Of a DNA stretch of 32,000 bases, positions 16,144 through 31,910 are shown one piece after another. How positions within the stretch are numbered: the stretch's first letter is position 1; the number at the start of each line of letters is the position of its first letter. Both the position numbers and the translations under genes were made by a program. A model generated the notes under the pieces. The model was not told the DNA's origin and did not search any database. It worked only from the letters and a program-made list of their open reading frames with translations. Location of the stretch: the NCBI RefSeq assembly GCF_000014785.1, contig NC_008340.1, positions 3,240,001 to 3,272,000 of the forward strand, in the 5' to 3' direction. Source of the DNA: Alkalilimnicola ehrlichii MLHE-1. GTDB taxonomy: Bacteria; Pseudomonadota; Gammaproteobacteria; Nitrococcales; Halorhodospiraceae.

Positions 16144-17976
16144 CTATTCCACCGTAACCGATTTGGCGAGGTTACGGGGTTGATCGACATCAGTGCCCCG
16201 CAACACCGCCACATGATACGCCAGGAGCTGAAGGGGGACGGTAAAGACCACCGGCGCGATCAGCGGATGGCAGTGGGGCACCGCCAGGACGCGGGTGTCG
16301 TCGTCCTCCGCGTAGCGCACGTCGCTGTCGGCAAACACCATCAAGGTCCCGCCGCGGGCGCGTACCTCCTGCAGATTGGACTTCAGTTTCTCCACCAGGT
16401 CGTCGCGGGGGGCGATGGCCACCACCGGCATCTCGGCGTCCACCAGGGCCAGCGGGCCATGCTTCAGCTCCCCCGCCGGGTAGGCCTCGGCGTGGATGTA
16501 GGAGATCTCCTTGAGCTTGAGCGCACCCTCGAGCGCCACCGGGTAGTGTAGCCCCCGCCCCAGAAACAGCGCGTGCTGGCGCTCTACCAACAGCTCGGCC
16601 AGGCGGGCAACGGGGCCGTCCAGCTCCAGGGCCTGCTCCAGGGCACTGGGGAGGCTGCGCAGGGCGTTGACCATATCGGCAGCATCGTCGGCGTTCAGTT
16701 GTTGATGGCGACCGAGGGCGATCACCAGCAGGAGCAGGGCCACCAACTGGGTGGTAAAGGCCTTGGTGGACGCCACCCCGATCTCCGGGCCGGCGCGGGT
16801 CATCAGCACCAGGTCGGACTCCCGGACCAGCGAGCTCTCCGGCACGTTACAGATGGCCATGGTCGCCAGGTAGCCAAGGGTGCGCGCCTCGCGCAGGGCG
16901 GCCAGGGTATCGGCGGTCTCCCCCGACTGGGAGATGGCGACGAAGAGTGTCCCCGGCGCCACCACATGGCGGCGGTAGCGGTACTCACTGGCCACCTCCA
17001 CGTCACAGGGCAGTCCGGCGTGCTCCTCGAACCAGTAACGGGCCACCAGCCCCGCATGGTAGCTGGTGCCGCAGGCGATAATCTGAACCCGCTGCACCTG
17101 CGGGAAGAGCGTCGCGGCCCGCGGGCCAAAGCTGGCCTCCAACACCTCATGGTCGGCCAACCGCCCTTCCAGGGTTTCCGCCACCACCGCCGGCTGCTGG
17201 TGGATCTCTTTCAACATGAAGTGGCGGTAACCCCCGCGCTCGGCGGCATCGGCGCTGAGTTCCGATTGCCGCACCGGGCGGTCCACCACACGGCGGTGCT
17301 CATCGTAGATGACGAGGCTGTCGCGGCGCAGGTCGGCGACATCGCCCTCTTCCAGGAAGATGAACTGGCGCGTTACCGGCAGCAGGGCCTGGACATCGGA
17401 GGCGATGAAGTGCTCGCCGATCCCGATCCCGATCACCAGCGGGCTACCGCGACGCGCCGCGACCAGACGGCCGGGTTCGTCCCGGCAGATCACGCCCAGG
17501 GCGTAGGCGCCATCGAGCAGCGAAAGGGTGTCGAACACCGCTGCCAGGAGATCGCCCCGGGCGCCGATCTGCTGGTCGATCTGCTTCACCACCACCTCGG
17601 TATCGGTCTCCGATTCGAACCGGTGGCCGGCCTGTTCCAGCGCCTGACGCAAGGGCTCGTGGTTCTCGATAATGCCGTTATGCACCAGGGCTAGGCGCTC
17701 GCCGGACATGTGGGGGTGGGCATTGCGATCCGACGGCGCGCCGTGGGTGGCCCAACGGGTGTGGGCCAGCCCGGTGGGACCGGCCAGCGGGCGCTCGGCC
17801 AGCCGTTCGGCGAGGCTCGCCACCTTGCCCAGGGCCCGCTCCCGCTCGATATAGCCCTCCCGGTCCTGGACCGCCAGGCCGGCGGAGTCGTAGCCCCGGT
17901 ACTCCAGGCGTCTCAGCCCCTCCAGCAGGATGGGGGCCACATCACGTTGGGCGACAGCGCCGACAATGCCACACAT
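16144..17976 (-). CDS. glmS: Glutamine-fructose-6-phosphate aminotransferase (isomerizing)
   Basis: MCGIVGAV...LLEGLRRLEYRGYDSAG glutaminase N-terminus with catalytic Cys2; THTRWATHG-like ARTHWRTHG equivalent read as LAHTRWATHGAPSDRNAHPH; SIS motifs FVAISQSGETADTLAALR and STKAFTTQL; C-terminal AKSVTVE. Confidence 0.97.
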   Translation of the reverse strand: MCGIVGAVAQRDVAPILLEGLRRLEYRGYDSAGLAVQDREGYIERERALGKVASLAERLAERPLAGPTGLAHTRWATHGAPSDRNAHPHMSGERLALVHNGIIENHEPLRQALEQAGHRFESETDTEVVVKQIDQQIGARGDLLAAVFDTLSLLDGAYALGVICRDEPGRLVAARRGSPLVIGIGIGEHFIASDVQALLPVTRQFIFLEEGDVADLRRDSLVIYDEHRRVVDRPVRQSELSADAAERGGYRHFMLKEIHQQPAVVAETLEGRLADHEVLEASFGPRAATLFPQVQRVQIIACGTSYHAGLVARYWFEEHAGLPCDVEVASEYRYRRHVVAPGTLFVAISQSGETADTLAALREARTLGYLATMAICNVPESSLVRESDLVLMTRAGPEIGVASTKAFTTQLVALLLLVIALGRHQQLNADDAADMVNALRSLPSALEQALELDGPVARLAELLVERQHALFLGRGLHYPVALEGALKLKEISYIHAEAYPAGELKHGPLALVDAEMPVVAIAPRDDLVEKLKSNLQEVRARGGTLMVFADSDVRYAEDDDTRVLAVPHCHPLIAPVVFTVPLQLLAYHVAVLRGTDVDQPRNLAKSVTVE

Positions 17977-18029
17977 GGTGATCTCCGGTACGGACAGCTA
18001 ACAGGGCGTTCACAACGGGGCGGGGCCGT

Positions 18030-18065
18030 GGAACCGGCGCCCGGAGCGCTCCGGGCGCCGGTTCC
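18030..18065. repeat. 36-bp perfect palindrome between the universal stress gene and glmS; possible terminator-like hairpin
   Basis: GGAACCGGCGCCCGGA-GCGC-TCCGGGCGCCGGTTCC. The 16-bp arms are perfectly matched and the 4-nt centre is itself self-complementary. No U-tract follows on the minus strand. Confidence 0.92.
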
Positions 18066-18090
18066 GGGCGGACCGGGACAGGGCCCGGGC

Positions 18091-18921
18091 TCAGCGCGTC
18101 CAGAGCGGTGCGTTGCCCGGAACCACCAGCACGGAACTGGCGACGTTACGGCAAATCTCCTGGGCCGTATCACCCAGCATGAGCTCTTTGTGGGGGGCGT
18201 TGCCGCGCTTGCCGATCACCACCAGGCTGGCATGCTCCTCGCGGGCAACGCGGCTGATGACCCGGGCGGGGTCACCCTCTTCGGTCCGCACCGCCACGTC
18301 CGCGCCCTTGGCCCGAGCCTGGTCGGCCAACGACCGGAGACGATCGGCGGCGTCCGCCGGCGCCTCCTCCTCGCTGACCTGAAGCAGGGTGAGCTTGCGG
18401 TTGCCGGGACCACCGGCCAGCTCCAGGGCGTGGGTCTCCGCCCCTTCGGCGCGCTTGGAGCCGTCGGTGGCCAACAGGATATGGGAGAACAGGTCGCTGA
18501 TCGGGGTGTCGTCCTTTGGATCCAGGCGCTCGATAAGCGTCGGGATGGAGGTGCGGCGGACCAGCTCCAGCACCGTGCTGCCGTGGAAGAACTCGCGCCA
18601 CAGGCCCTCGCCGCGGGAGGCCAGCAGGATCAGGTTGGCCTTGGCCCCCATGGCCACCTTGACCAGCTCCTGAGCCGGGTGACCCACCGGCGACTCGATA
18701 TGGACCCGGAAGCCTTCCTTCTCCAGGTCCTCCTGCTTTTGTTTCAGCCGGCGCCGGGCCTCGGCCTTGTGCTCGTCGCTGAGCTCCTTGGGCTCATCCA
18801 CCCGCAGGACGTCCACCAGGGTGAACTCCTTGGCGCCCATTTCCCGCAGCTCGGAGAGGCTGTCGAGCAGGGGCTTATAGGAGGACGAAAAATGAACGGC
18901 GACGACGGTATGCTCAAACAT
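18091..18921 (-). CDS. Tandem-domain universal stress protein (UspA family)
   Basis: Two Usp domains. The first ends ANLILLASRGEGLWREFFHGSTVLELVRRTSIPTLI. The second begins HILLATDGSKRAEGAETHALELA and ends HASLVVIGKRGNAPHKELMLGDTAQEICRNVASSVLVVP. Confidence 0.9.
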   Translation of the reverse strand: MFEHTVVAVHFSSSYKPLLDSLSELREMGAKEFTLVDVLRVDEPKELSDEHKAEARRRLKQKQEDLEKEGFRVHIESPVGHPAQELVKVAMGAKANLILLASRGEGLWREFFHGSTVLELVRRTSIPTLIERLDPKDDTPISDLFSHILLATDGSKRAEGAETHALELAGGPGNRKLTLLQVSEEEAPADAADRLRSLADQARAKGADVAVRTEEGDPARVISRVAREEHASLVVIGKRGNAPHKELMLGDTAQEICRNVASSVLVVPGNAPLWTR

Positions 18922-18996
18922 GCGGACTCTCCTTCAAGGCTGTCACGGTGTTGCCACCGGCTCTGTCATTATCTTTGACGGTGGTCACGGCGGGCG

Positions 18997-20388
18997 TCAA
19001 GCGTCACTCCCCTCGCCCCGGTCGGGGCGCTGTCCGGGGCGGCGCCAGCCGTGGATACTCCGCTGAGCGCTACGGGCCACGGTCAGGGCCTCGTCCGGCG
19101 CATCCCGGGTGACCGTCGAGCCGGCCCCGATGGTGGCGCCCCGCCCGACCCGCACCGGCGCGACCAGCTGGGTGCCCGACCCGATAAAGGCGCCATCGCC
19201 GATCTCTGTGCGGTGCTTGCTATGACCGTCGTAGTTGCAGGTAATGGTGCCCGCACCCACGTTCACGTCCCGACCCAGCTCCGCGTCGCCCATATAGCTC
19301 AGGTGGTTCACCTTGCTGCCTGGCCCGATTCGCGCGGCCTTGGTCTCGACAAAGTTGCCCACCTTGGCGCCATCGGCCAGGTCCGTCCCGGGACGCAGGC
19401 GAGCAAAGGGCCCGATCCGGCAGTTTCGGCCTGCCGTGGCGCCGTCCAGTACGGAGTGGGCCTCGACGCGGGTGCCGTCACCCAGGGCGACGTCTCTCAG
19501 GACGCAATGGGGTCCGATCTCAACCCCGGCCCCCAGTTCGACCCGACCTTCGAGAACGACCCCAACGTCGATCCGGCAGTCCTCGCCGGCGGCGAAATGA
19601 CCCCGCAGGTCGAATCGGTCTGGGTCCAGTATAGTCACGCCGGCACGCATCCAGTCTTCGGCCTGCCGCCGTTGCCAGACCCGCTCCGCGGCCGCGAGCT
19701 GGACGCGGTCGTTGACTCCCTGCACCTCCGCCGGATCCGCCACCGGGTAAGCGGCCACCCTGACCCCGTCGGCCACCGCCATGGCGATTACGTCGGTCAG
19801 GTAGTACTCCGCCTGGGCGTTGTCATTGTCCAGCCGCTGCAGCCAGGCCTTCAATCGGCCGGCCGGGGCAGCCAGCAGGCCAGTGTTGCATTCCGTGACC
19901 CGGCGCTGGGCGGCGGTAGCGTCCTTGTGCTCCACCACGCCGGTGACCGCGCCGTGGCCGTCGCGCAGCACGCGGCCGTAACCGGTTGGATCCGGGAAAT
20001 CCACGCTGAGCAGCCCGAGACCACCGTCGGCCTCGGCGAGCAGCGCCTGCAGGGTCTCGGGCCGAACCAGCGGCACATCCCCGTAAAGCACCAGGACCTG
20101 ATGGTCGTCTGGAATCGCCGGGATCGCCTGCTCGACGGCATGACCGGTCCCCAACTGCGGCTCCTGCACCACCCAGCGCACGGGCCAGTCGGCGTGGGCG
20201 GCCTGTACCGCCTCGGCACCGTGCCCATGCACCACGTGCACGGCTTCGGGCTCCAGGGAGAAGGCGGTACGCAGGACATGGTCGAGCATGGGTCGCCCCC
20301 CCACCGGGTGGAGGAGCTTGGGGTAACGGGAGCGCATGCGGGTACCCTTACCCGCAGCCAATACGACAATACTCAGGGCCTGTTCCAT
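18997..20388 (-). CDS. glmU: Bifunctional N-acetylglucosamine-1-phosphate uridylyltransferase / glucosamine-1-phosphate acetyltransferase
   Basis: SIVVLAAGKGTRMRSRYPKLLHPVGGRPML nucleotidyltransferase signature, then left-handed beta-helix repeats and VNVGAGTITCNYDGHSKHRTEIGDGAFIGSGTQLVAPVRVG. Start set at ATG 20388 (MEQALS...). Confidence 0.96.
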   Translation of the reverse strand: MEQALSIVVLAAGKGTRMRSRYPKLLHPVGGRPMLDHVLRTAFSLEPEAVHVVHGHGAEAVQAAHADWPVRWVVQEPQLGTGHAVEQAIPAIPDDHQVLVLYGDVPLVRPETLQALLAEADGGLGLLSVDFPDPTGYGRVLRDGHGAVTGVVEHKDATAAQRRVTECNTGLLAAPAGRLKAWLQRLDNDNAQAEYYLTDVIAMAVADGVRVAAYPVADPAEVQGVNDRVQLAAAERVWQRRQAEDWMRAGVTILDPDRFDLRGHFAAGEDCRIDVGVVLEGRVELGAGVEIGPHCVLRDVALGDGTRVEAHSVLDGATAGRNCRIGPFARLRPGTDLADGAKVGNFVETKAARIGPGSKVNHLSYMGDAELGRDVNVGAGTITCNYDGHSKHRTEIGDGAFIGSGTQLVAPVRVGRGATIGAGSTVTRDAPDEALTVARSAQRSIHGWRRPGQRPDRGEGSDA

Positions 20389-20417
20389 GGTTCTCAACGT
20401 TCGGGCCTCGGATACAG

Positions 20418-20442
20418 AAAGCCCCGGCGACAGGCCGGGGCT
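20418..20442 (-). terminator. Predicted Rho-independent terminator at the end of the atp operon
   Basis: On the minus strand AGCCCCGGC-CTGTC-GCCGGGGCT is followed by TTCTGT. It sits 26 nt beyond the atpC stop and 30 nt before glmU. Confidence 0.75.
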
Positions 20443-20467
20443 CGGTTAGCGCGAGGCGGGCAATCCC

Positions 20468-20890
20468 TTACCGCTTGGCGCGACGACGCAGCCGCTCCAG
20501 GGTCTGGAGCTGCGCCATGGCCTCAGCCAGCTCCGCCTGGACATGGCTGTAGTCCTCGCCCGCCTTGCGGTTGGCCAGGGCCTCTTCCGCCCGCCGCTTG
20601 GCCTCCTGGGCCGCGGCCTCGTCCAGGTCGCGGGCCCGGGCCGCGGTGTCGGCCAACACCGTGACCTTGTGCGGCTGGACCTCGATGATGCCGCCGGAGA
20701 CGTAGAAGAAGCGCTCTTCGCCGTTCTCGTCCTGGACCCGCACCTCGCCCGGCCGCAGCTTGGTCAGCAGCGGGGCGTGGCGGGGGGTGATGCCGATATC
20801 ACCCTCCCGTGCGGGCGCCACCAGCATCTTGGCCTCGCCGGAGTGGATCGCCTGCTCCGCGCTGACGATGTCCACGTGCAATGTACTCAT
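20468..20890 (-). CDS. atpC: F1Fo ATP synthase epsilon subunit
   Basis: MSTLHVDIVSAEQAIHSGEAKMLVAPAREGDIGITPRHAPLLTKLRPGEVRV, with position directly downstream of atpD. Confidence 0.96.
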   Translation of the reverse strand: MSTLHVDIVSAEQAIHSGEAKMLVAPAREGDIGITPRHAPLLTKLRPGEVRVQDENGEERFFYVSGGIIEVQPHKVTVLADTAARARDLDEAAAQEAKRRAEEALANRKAGEDYSHVQAELAEAMAQLQTLERLRRRAKR

Positions 20891-20917
20891 GGGCGGTACC
20901 CCGCTAACGCCGGTGGA

Positions 20918-22318
<1,401 letters not shown>

Positions 22319-22384
22319 TCACCAGCGACTGCGCGTTGGCAACCCTGGGTCTGTATTGCTAAGAAACCTGTTTACACCTGGTGG

Positions 22385-23248
22385 TTACACCGCGTTCGCG
22401 CCGGCCACGATCTCGGACAGCTCCTGGGTAATCGCCGCCTGGCGGGCCTTGTTGTAGACCAGCTGGAGGTTATCGATGATCTCGCCGGCGTTGTCAGTGG
22501 CGCTCTTCATGGCGACCATGCGAGCGGCCATCTCACAGGCGACGTTCTCGACCACCCCCTGGTAGACCTGCGACTCGATGTAGCGCATCAGCACATCGTC
22601 CAGGAGCTCGCTGGCACTGGGCTCATAGATGTAGTCCCAGTTCTCGAGCATCTCTTCCTCGTCCACCGGCTCCACCGGGAGCAGGCGGCGGGTCGCCGCC
22701 TCCTGGCTCATGGTGTTGACGAAGTCGTTGTGCACCAGATAGAGACGGTCGATCTTGCCCTCGGTATAGGCATCCAGCATCACCTTGATCGGGCCGATCA
22801 TGTCCTCCAGGTGCGGCGTGTCACCGAGGCCGCGTGTATCGGCCAGGGTGGACGCGCCCAGGCGCCCGAAGAAGGCGGCGGCCTTCGCGCCAAAGGTGCA
22901 GAAGTCCACGCCAACGCCCTGCTTGTCCCACTCCCGCATCTGCTGCAGCACCGACTTGAACAGGTTGACGTTCAGGCCACCGCACAGACCGCGATCCGTG
23001 GAGATAACGACCAGCCCCACCCGTTCCACCTTCTCCCGCTCCTCCAGGAACGGGTGCCGATAGTCCGGATTGGCGCCGGCCAGATGGCCGATCACCTGGC
23101 GCATCTTCTGGGCGTAGGGGCGCGTGGCCTCCATGCGCTCCTGGGCACGGCGCATCTTCGACGCCGCGACCATCTCCATGGCCTTGGTGATCTTCTGAGT
23201 GTTCTGGACACTCTTGATTTTGGTGCGTACTTCTTTTGCGCCGGACAT
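22385..23248 (-). CDS. atpG: F1Fo ATP synthase gamma subunit
   Basis: [52 protein letters not shown] and C-terminal [23 protein letters not shown]. Confidence 0.97.
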   Translation of the reverse strand: MSGAKEVRTKIKSVQNTQKITKAMEMVAASKMRRAQERMEATRPYAQKMRQVIGHLAGANPDYRHPFLEEREKVERVGLVVISTDRGLCGGLNVNLFKSVLQQMREWDKQGVGVDFCTFGAKAAAFFGRLGASTLADTRGLGDTPHLEDMIGPIKVMLDAYTEGKIDRLYLVHNDFVNTMSQEAATRRLLPVEPVDEEEMLENWDYIYEPSASELLDDVLMRYIESQVYQGVVENVACEMAARMVAMKSATDNAGEIIDNLQLVYNKARQAAITQELSEIVAGANAV

Positions 23249-23278
23249 GCGCTCACCTACTCGGGCTGTCGGTGGAGA

Positions 23279-24820
<1,542 letters not shown>

Positions 24821-24832
24821 CTTGCTACCTCG

Positions 24833-25372
24833 TCAATGAGCCATCGCGCTGGAAAGGCGAGCGAGTTTGCCGCGAACGGAACCATCGATGGTGAGGTCCC
24901 CGGCCTGGATCAGCGCGCCGCCGATCAGGGCCTCGTCAGTGCGGCAATGGAGACGGACCTTGCGGCCCAGCCGCTTCTTCAGCGCGCCCGCGATCTGGTC
25001 CTGCTGCTCCTTGGTGAGTTTGCTGGCGGATGTCACCTGGACGTCCACCACACCCTCGGCCTCTGCGCGCAGGTGTTCGTATAGCGCGGCGATTTCCGGA
25101 AGCAGGCCAAGCCGACCATTATCGGCCAGCAACTGGACCAGGTTCTTGCCCTCTTGGCCCAGGGTGTCCTCACCAACCGCGTCCAGGAGCAGACCGATGA
25201 GCTGTTCGCGGGAGACCCGCGGGTTGCCCACCAGCGCTGCCACTTGATCGTCGGCGGCGACCGTGCCCAGTGCCTGGAGGCGCTTGGACCAGGTGTTACG
25301 GGTCTTGGCGTCCTTGGTCAGTTCGAAAACCGCCTTGGCGTAAGGTCTTGCCAGTGTGGTCTGCTCGGCCAT
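24833..25372 (-). CDS. atpH: F1Fo ATP synthase delta subunit
   Basis: [22 protein letters not shown] and C-terminal [34 protein letters not shown]. Confidence 0.95.
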   Translation of the reverse strand: MAEQTTLARPYAKAVFELTKDAKTRNTWSKRLQALGTVAADDQVAALVGNPRVSREQLIGLLLDAVGEDTLGQEGKNLVQLLADNGRLGLLPEIAALYEHLRAEAEGVVDVQVTSASKLTKEQQDQIAGALKKRLGRKVRLHCRTDEALIGGALIQAGDLTIDGSVRGKLARLSSAMAH

Positions 25373-25384
25373 GCTGACTCCGCT

Positions 25385-25855
25385 TTAAAGCTGCTTCACC
25401 AGATCGTCGATGAGGTCCTTGTGGGCCTTGGCGTCGATCTCGCGCTTGAGGATCCGGCTACTGCCAGCCACGGCCAGGTTCACCACTTCCTTGCGCAGGG
25501 CGTCGCGGGCCTGGGAGATCTCGGTATCGATCTCGCTGCGCGCCTGGGCCAGCACCCGTTCCGCCTCCTGACGGGCCTCCTCACGGGCCTGCTCGACCAG
25601 TTCACTCTGGCGCTTGTTCGCCTGAGCGATGACCTGGCTGGCCTGCTCGCGGGCCTCCCGGAGCATCTTGTCGACCTCGGACTTGGCCTGGTCGAGCTCC
25701 TTCTGGCCGCGCTCGCCGGCCGCAAGCCCATCAGCGATCTGCTTCTGGCGGTCGGCCATGGCCGTCTGGATCGGCGGCCAAACGTATTTCATCGTGAACC
25801 AGACGAACAGTGCGAAACTGATCATCGGGCCCCAGAAAGTGGCACCAAAGTTCAC
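25385..25855 (-). CDS. atpF: F1Fo ATP synthase subunit b
   Basis: [55 protein letters not shown], then a long charged coiled coil. Confidence 0.96.
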   Translation of the reverse strand: MNFGATFWGPMISFALFVWFTMKYVWPPIQTAMADRQKQIADGLAAGERGQKELDQAKSEVDKMLREAREQASQVIAQANKRQSELVEQAREEARQEAERVLAQARSEIDTEISQARDALRKEVVNLAVAGSSRILKREIDAKAHKDLIDDLVKQL

Positions 25856-25906
25856 GCTGTCACCTCCTCCGTTTTGGGCGTCAGAAGCAGGGTTGCAGGG
25901 GCTGAA

Positions 25907-26227
<321 letters not shown>

Positions 26228-26301
26228 TTAAAGGTTGTCTTTGGGCGCCCCGCGGGACTCAGGACGGTACGCCCCTGACTCGGTTAATCGAGGCCGCGGC
26301 C

Positions 26302-27506
<1,205 letters not shown>

Positions 27507-27658
27507 GGGACCGTACCCGCCGATTCGTATTCTGGATGCAGGCCAGTGTTGCCAGGTCGGCGGAGTATATCGGTGCTGCCCCCCTCGGTCAAACGATGCA
27601 CGGCGCCAAGCGCCGGATTACAGGAATAATTAAAACTAAGGGTATTGTAGCGGCAATT

Positions 27659-28522
27659 TCAGCGGATGCGGTCAAGAATCCCGTCCAACTCATCCAGGCT
27701 GCTGTACTGGATCACCACCTTGCCGCGGCCGCGGACACCCTGCTGAATGCGGACCGGTGCGCCGAGGCGGCGGGTGAGGTCGTCCTGGAGGCGCCGGACG
27801 TCCGGGTCCTCCCGAGGTGGTTCACGGGTCTGATCGGCCTCTTCCTGCAGGCGGCGGACCAGGGCCTCGGTCTGGCGCACCGAAAGCCCGCGCTCGGCCA
27901 CCTGGCCCGCCGCGCGCGTCTGGATATCCCCCTTCAGGGCGGCGAGGGCGCGGGCATGCCCCATCTCCAGTCGGCCCTCGCCAATCAGGGCCTTGACCGG
28001 CTCGTTGAGCTCGAGCAGGCGCAGAAGGTTGGTGACCGCAGCGCGGGAGCGCCCCACCGCCTCCGCGACCGCCTGGTGGGTCAGACCGAATTCGTGGACC
28101 AGGCGCTGCAACGCGGTGGCGGCCTCAAGCGGATTGAGATCCTCACGCTGCAGATTCTCAATGAGGGCCACGGCCACGGCGGCCTCGTCGGGGATGTCGC
28201 GCACGATGGCCGGGACGGTCTCCAGCCCGGCAAGCTGGGCGGCGCGCCAACGCCGCTCGCCGGCGACGATCTCCCAGCGCTGCTCGGCCAGCGGCCGCAC
28301 CACCAGTGGCTGCACCACGCCCTGGGCCTGGATGGAGTCCGCCAGCTCCTGCAGGGCGGCGGGGTCAAAGGCGGTGCGCGGCTGGTAGCGGCCCCGCTCC
28401 AGGCAGTCCAAAGGCAGGTCGCGCAGTTCCGCGCTGGCCCGCCCGGCCTCACCGGCGTCGTCTTCGGGCAATCCCAGCAGGGCATCCAGGCCCCGGCCCA
28501 GCCCTCGTTTCTTGGCACCCAT
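27659..28522 (-). CDS. parB: Chromosome partitioning protein ParB
   Basis: MGAKKRGLGRGLDALLG, GRYQPRTAFDPAALQELADSIQAQGVVQPLVVRPL, WEIVAGERRWRAAQLAGL, then an HTH (LTHQAVAEAVGRSRAAVTNLLRLLEL). Confidence 0.96.
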   Translation of the reverse strand: MGAKKRGLGRGLDALLGLPEDDAGEAGRASAELRDLPLDCLERGRYQPRTAFDPAALQELADSIQAQGVVQPLVVRPLAEQRWEIVAGERRWRAAQLAGLETVPAIVRDIPDEAAVAVALIENLQREDLNPLEAATALQRLVHEFGLTHQAVAEAVGRSRAAVTNLLRLLELNEPVKALIGEGRLEMGHARALAALKGDIQTRAAGQVAERGLSVRQTEALVRRLQEEADQTREPPREDPDVRRLQDDLTRRLGAPVRIQQGVRGRGKVVIQYSSLDELDGILDRIR

Positions 28523-28527
28523 GGTGG

Positions 28528-29361
28528 TTAGTGTCCCGTCCCGGAAGTACGTTGCAGTCCGTCGCCGCCCTGGGCCACGGTGGGCACGGGCCCGGCACTA
28601 CGGTGGCGGCGGACCAGTTCGCTGGCCAGTGCCATATAGGCCAAGGCACCGCGCGAGGAGCGATCATAATGCAAGGCGGGCAGGCCGTGGGAGGGGGCCT
28701 CGGCGAGCCGCACGTTGCGCGGAATCAGGGTCCGGTAGACCTGGTCGTCGAAATGGCTGCGCAACTGCGCCCCCACCTGGTTGGCCAAATTGTTGCGCGG
28801 ATCGAACATGGTGCGGAGCAGGCCGTCGATACTCAGGTCGCGGTTGGCGGAGGCCTGGATCCGGCGGATGGTATCCAGCAGCGCCGTCAGCCCCTCCAGG
28901 GCGTAATACTCGCACTGGATGGGGATGAGCACACCGTCCGCCGCCACCAGCGCATTCACGGTCAGGATGTTTAGTGACGGGGGGCAATCGATCAGGATGT
29001 AATCATACTCCCCGACGACGGCGGCCAGCGCTCGGCGCAGGTACTGCTCGCGTTGCTCGGACTCCATCAGCGCCACTTCGGCGGCGGTCAGGTCGCCGTT
29101 GCCGGGGAGCAGATCAAAGCCGGTCTCCTTCAGCCGCATCCGGCAGTCGGCCAGCGGGCGTTCGCCCAGCAGGGCATCGTAGCCGACGCCGCCCTCGCGG
29201 TTCTTGTCGACACCGCACCCCACCGTGGCGTTGCCCTGGGGATCGAGATCGACCAGGAGGACGCGCTGTTTGTTGGCGGCCAGGGAGGCCGCCAGATTGA
29301 CACAGGTGGTGGTCTTGCCCACCCCGCCCTTCTGGTTGGCTACCGCAATGATGCGTGTCAT
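28528..29361 (-). CDS. parA: Chromosome partitioning ATPase ParA (Soj-like)
   Basis: MTRIIAVANQKGGVGKTTTCVNLAASLA deviant Walker A, DLDPQGNATVGCGVD, YDYILIDCPPSLNILTVNAL and PIQCEYYALEGLTALLDTI. Confidence 0.97.
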   Translation of the reverse strand: MTRIIAVANQKGGVGKTTTCVNLAASLAANKQRVLLVDLDPQGNATVGCGVDKNREGGVGYDALLGERPLADCRMRLKETGFDLLPGNGDLTAAEVALMESEQREQYLRRALAAVVGEYDYILIDCPPSLNILTVNALVAADGVLIPIQCEYYALEGLTALLDTIRRIQASANRDLSIDGLLRTMFDPRNNLANQVGAQLRSHFDDQVYRTLIPRNVRLAEAPSHGLPALHYDRSSRGALAYMALASELVRRHRSAGPVPTVAQGGDGLQRTSGTGH

Positions 29362-30020
29362 GGATTCGCTTCCTCAGTGGCTGACACCGCCGGGGCGGTC
29401 CAGGTCAGCAGATGGCGCTGCCCGGCGACGCCGGGGACATCCAGGGCCGTCAGGGTACAGCCGCGCAGGGAGCGCGGCAGCGCCGCCAGTTCCTCTTCGG
29501 GCAGCCGCCCCTTCATCGCCAGCACCCGACCACCGGCCCGGCACAGGCGCAGGGCCTCGGGGACATAGCCGGACAGCGCGGCAAAGGCACGGCTGACCAC
29601 GGTATCGAAGGGTTGGCCAGGCCGGTAATCCGCCAACCGCGCCTGGGCAAACCGCAGCCGGTGGAGGCCGAGCTCCAGGGCCACCTGCCGGGTAAAGCGC
29701 TGCTTCTTGCCATTGCTGTCCAGGAGGGTGACGGTCAGCCCGGGCCGGGCCAGGGCCAGCGGGATACCGGGCAGCCCGGCGCCGCTGCCGACATCCAGCA
29801 GTGAATCGCCCTCAACGTACGGCAGGATGCTCAAGCTGTCCAGCAGGTGGCGGTGCAGCATCTCCCCGGGGTCGCGAATGGCGGAGAGGTTGTAGGCCCG
29901 GTTCCAGCGTTCGAGCAGGCGCAGATAGGTGATCAGCGCCTCGGCGGCACCCTCGGGGAGCGTCAGGCCCAAACGCTCCACACCGGTGTGGAGGGCCGGG
30001 AGCAACGGGTCGCCGGCCAT
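29358..30020 (-). CDS. rsmG: 16S rRNA (guanine527-N7)-methyltransferase RsmG (GidB)
   Basis: LERWNRAYNLSAIRDPGEMLHRHLLDSLSI, SLLDVGSGAGLPGIPLALARPGLTVTLLDSNGKKQRFTRQV and FDTVVSRAFA. It overlaps parA by 4 nt. Confidence 0.95.
   Translation of the reverse strand: MAGDPLLPALHTGVERLGLTLPEGAAEALITYLRLLERWNRAYNLSAIRDPGEMLHRHLLDSLSILPYVEGDSLLDVGSGAGLPGIPLALARPGLTVTLLDSNGKKQRFTRQVALELGLHRLRFAQARLADYRPGQPFDTVVSRAFAALSGYVPEALRLCRAGGRVLAMKGRLPEEELAALPRSLRGCTLTALDVPGVAGQRHLLTWTAPAVSATEEANP

Positions 30021-31910
<1,890 letters not shown>

Noticed and set aside
19051-20664. 537-aa plus-strand ORF
   Set aside because: Antisense to glmU and part of atpC, and it crosses the atp terminator; no motif.
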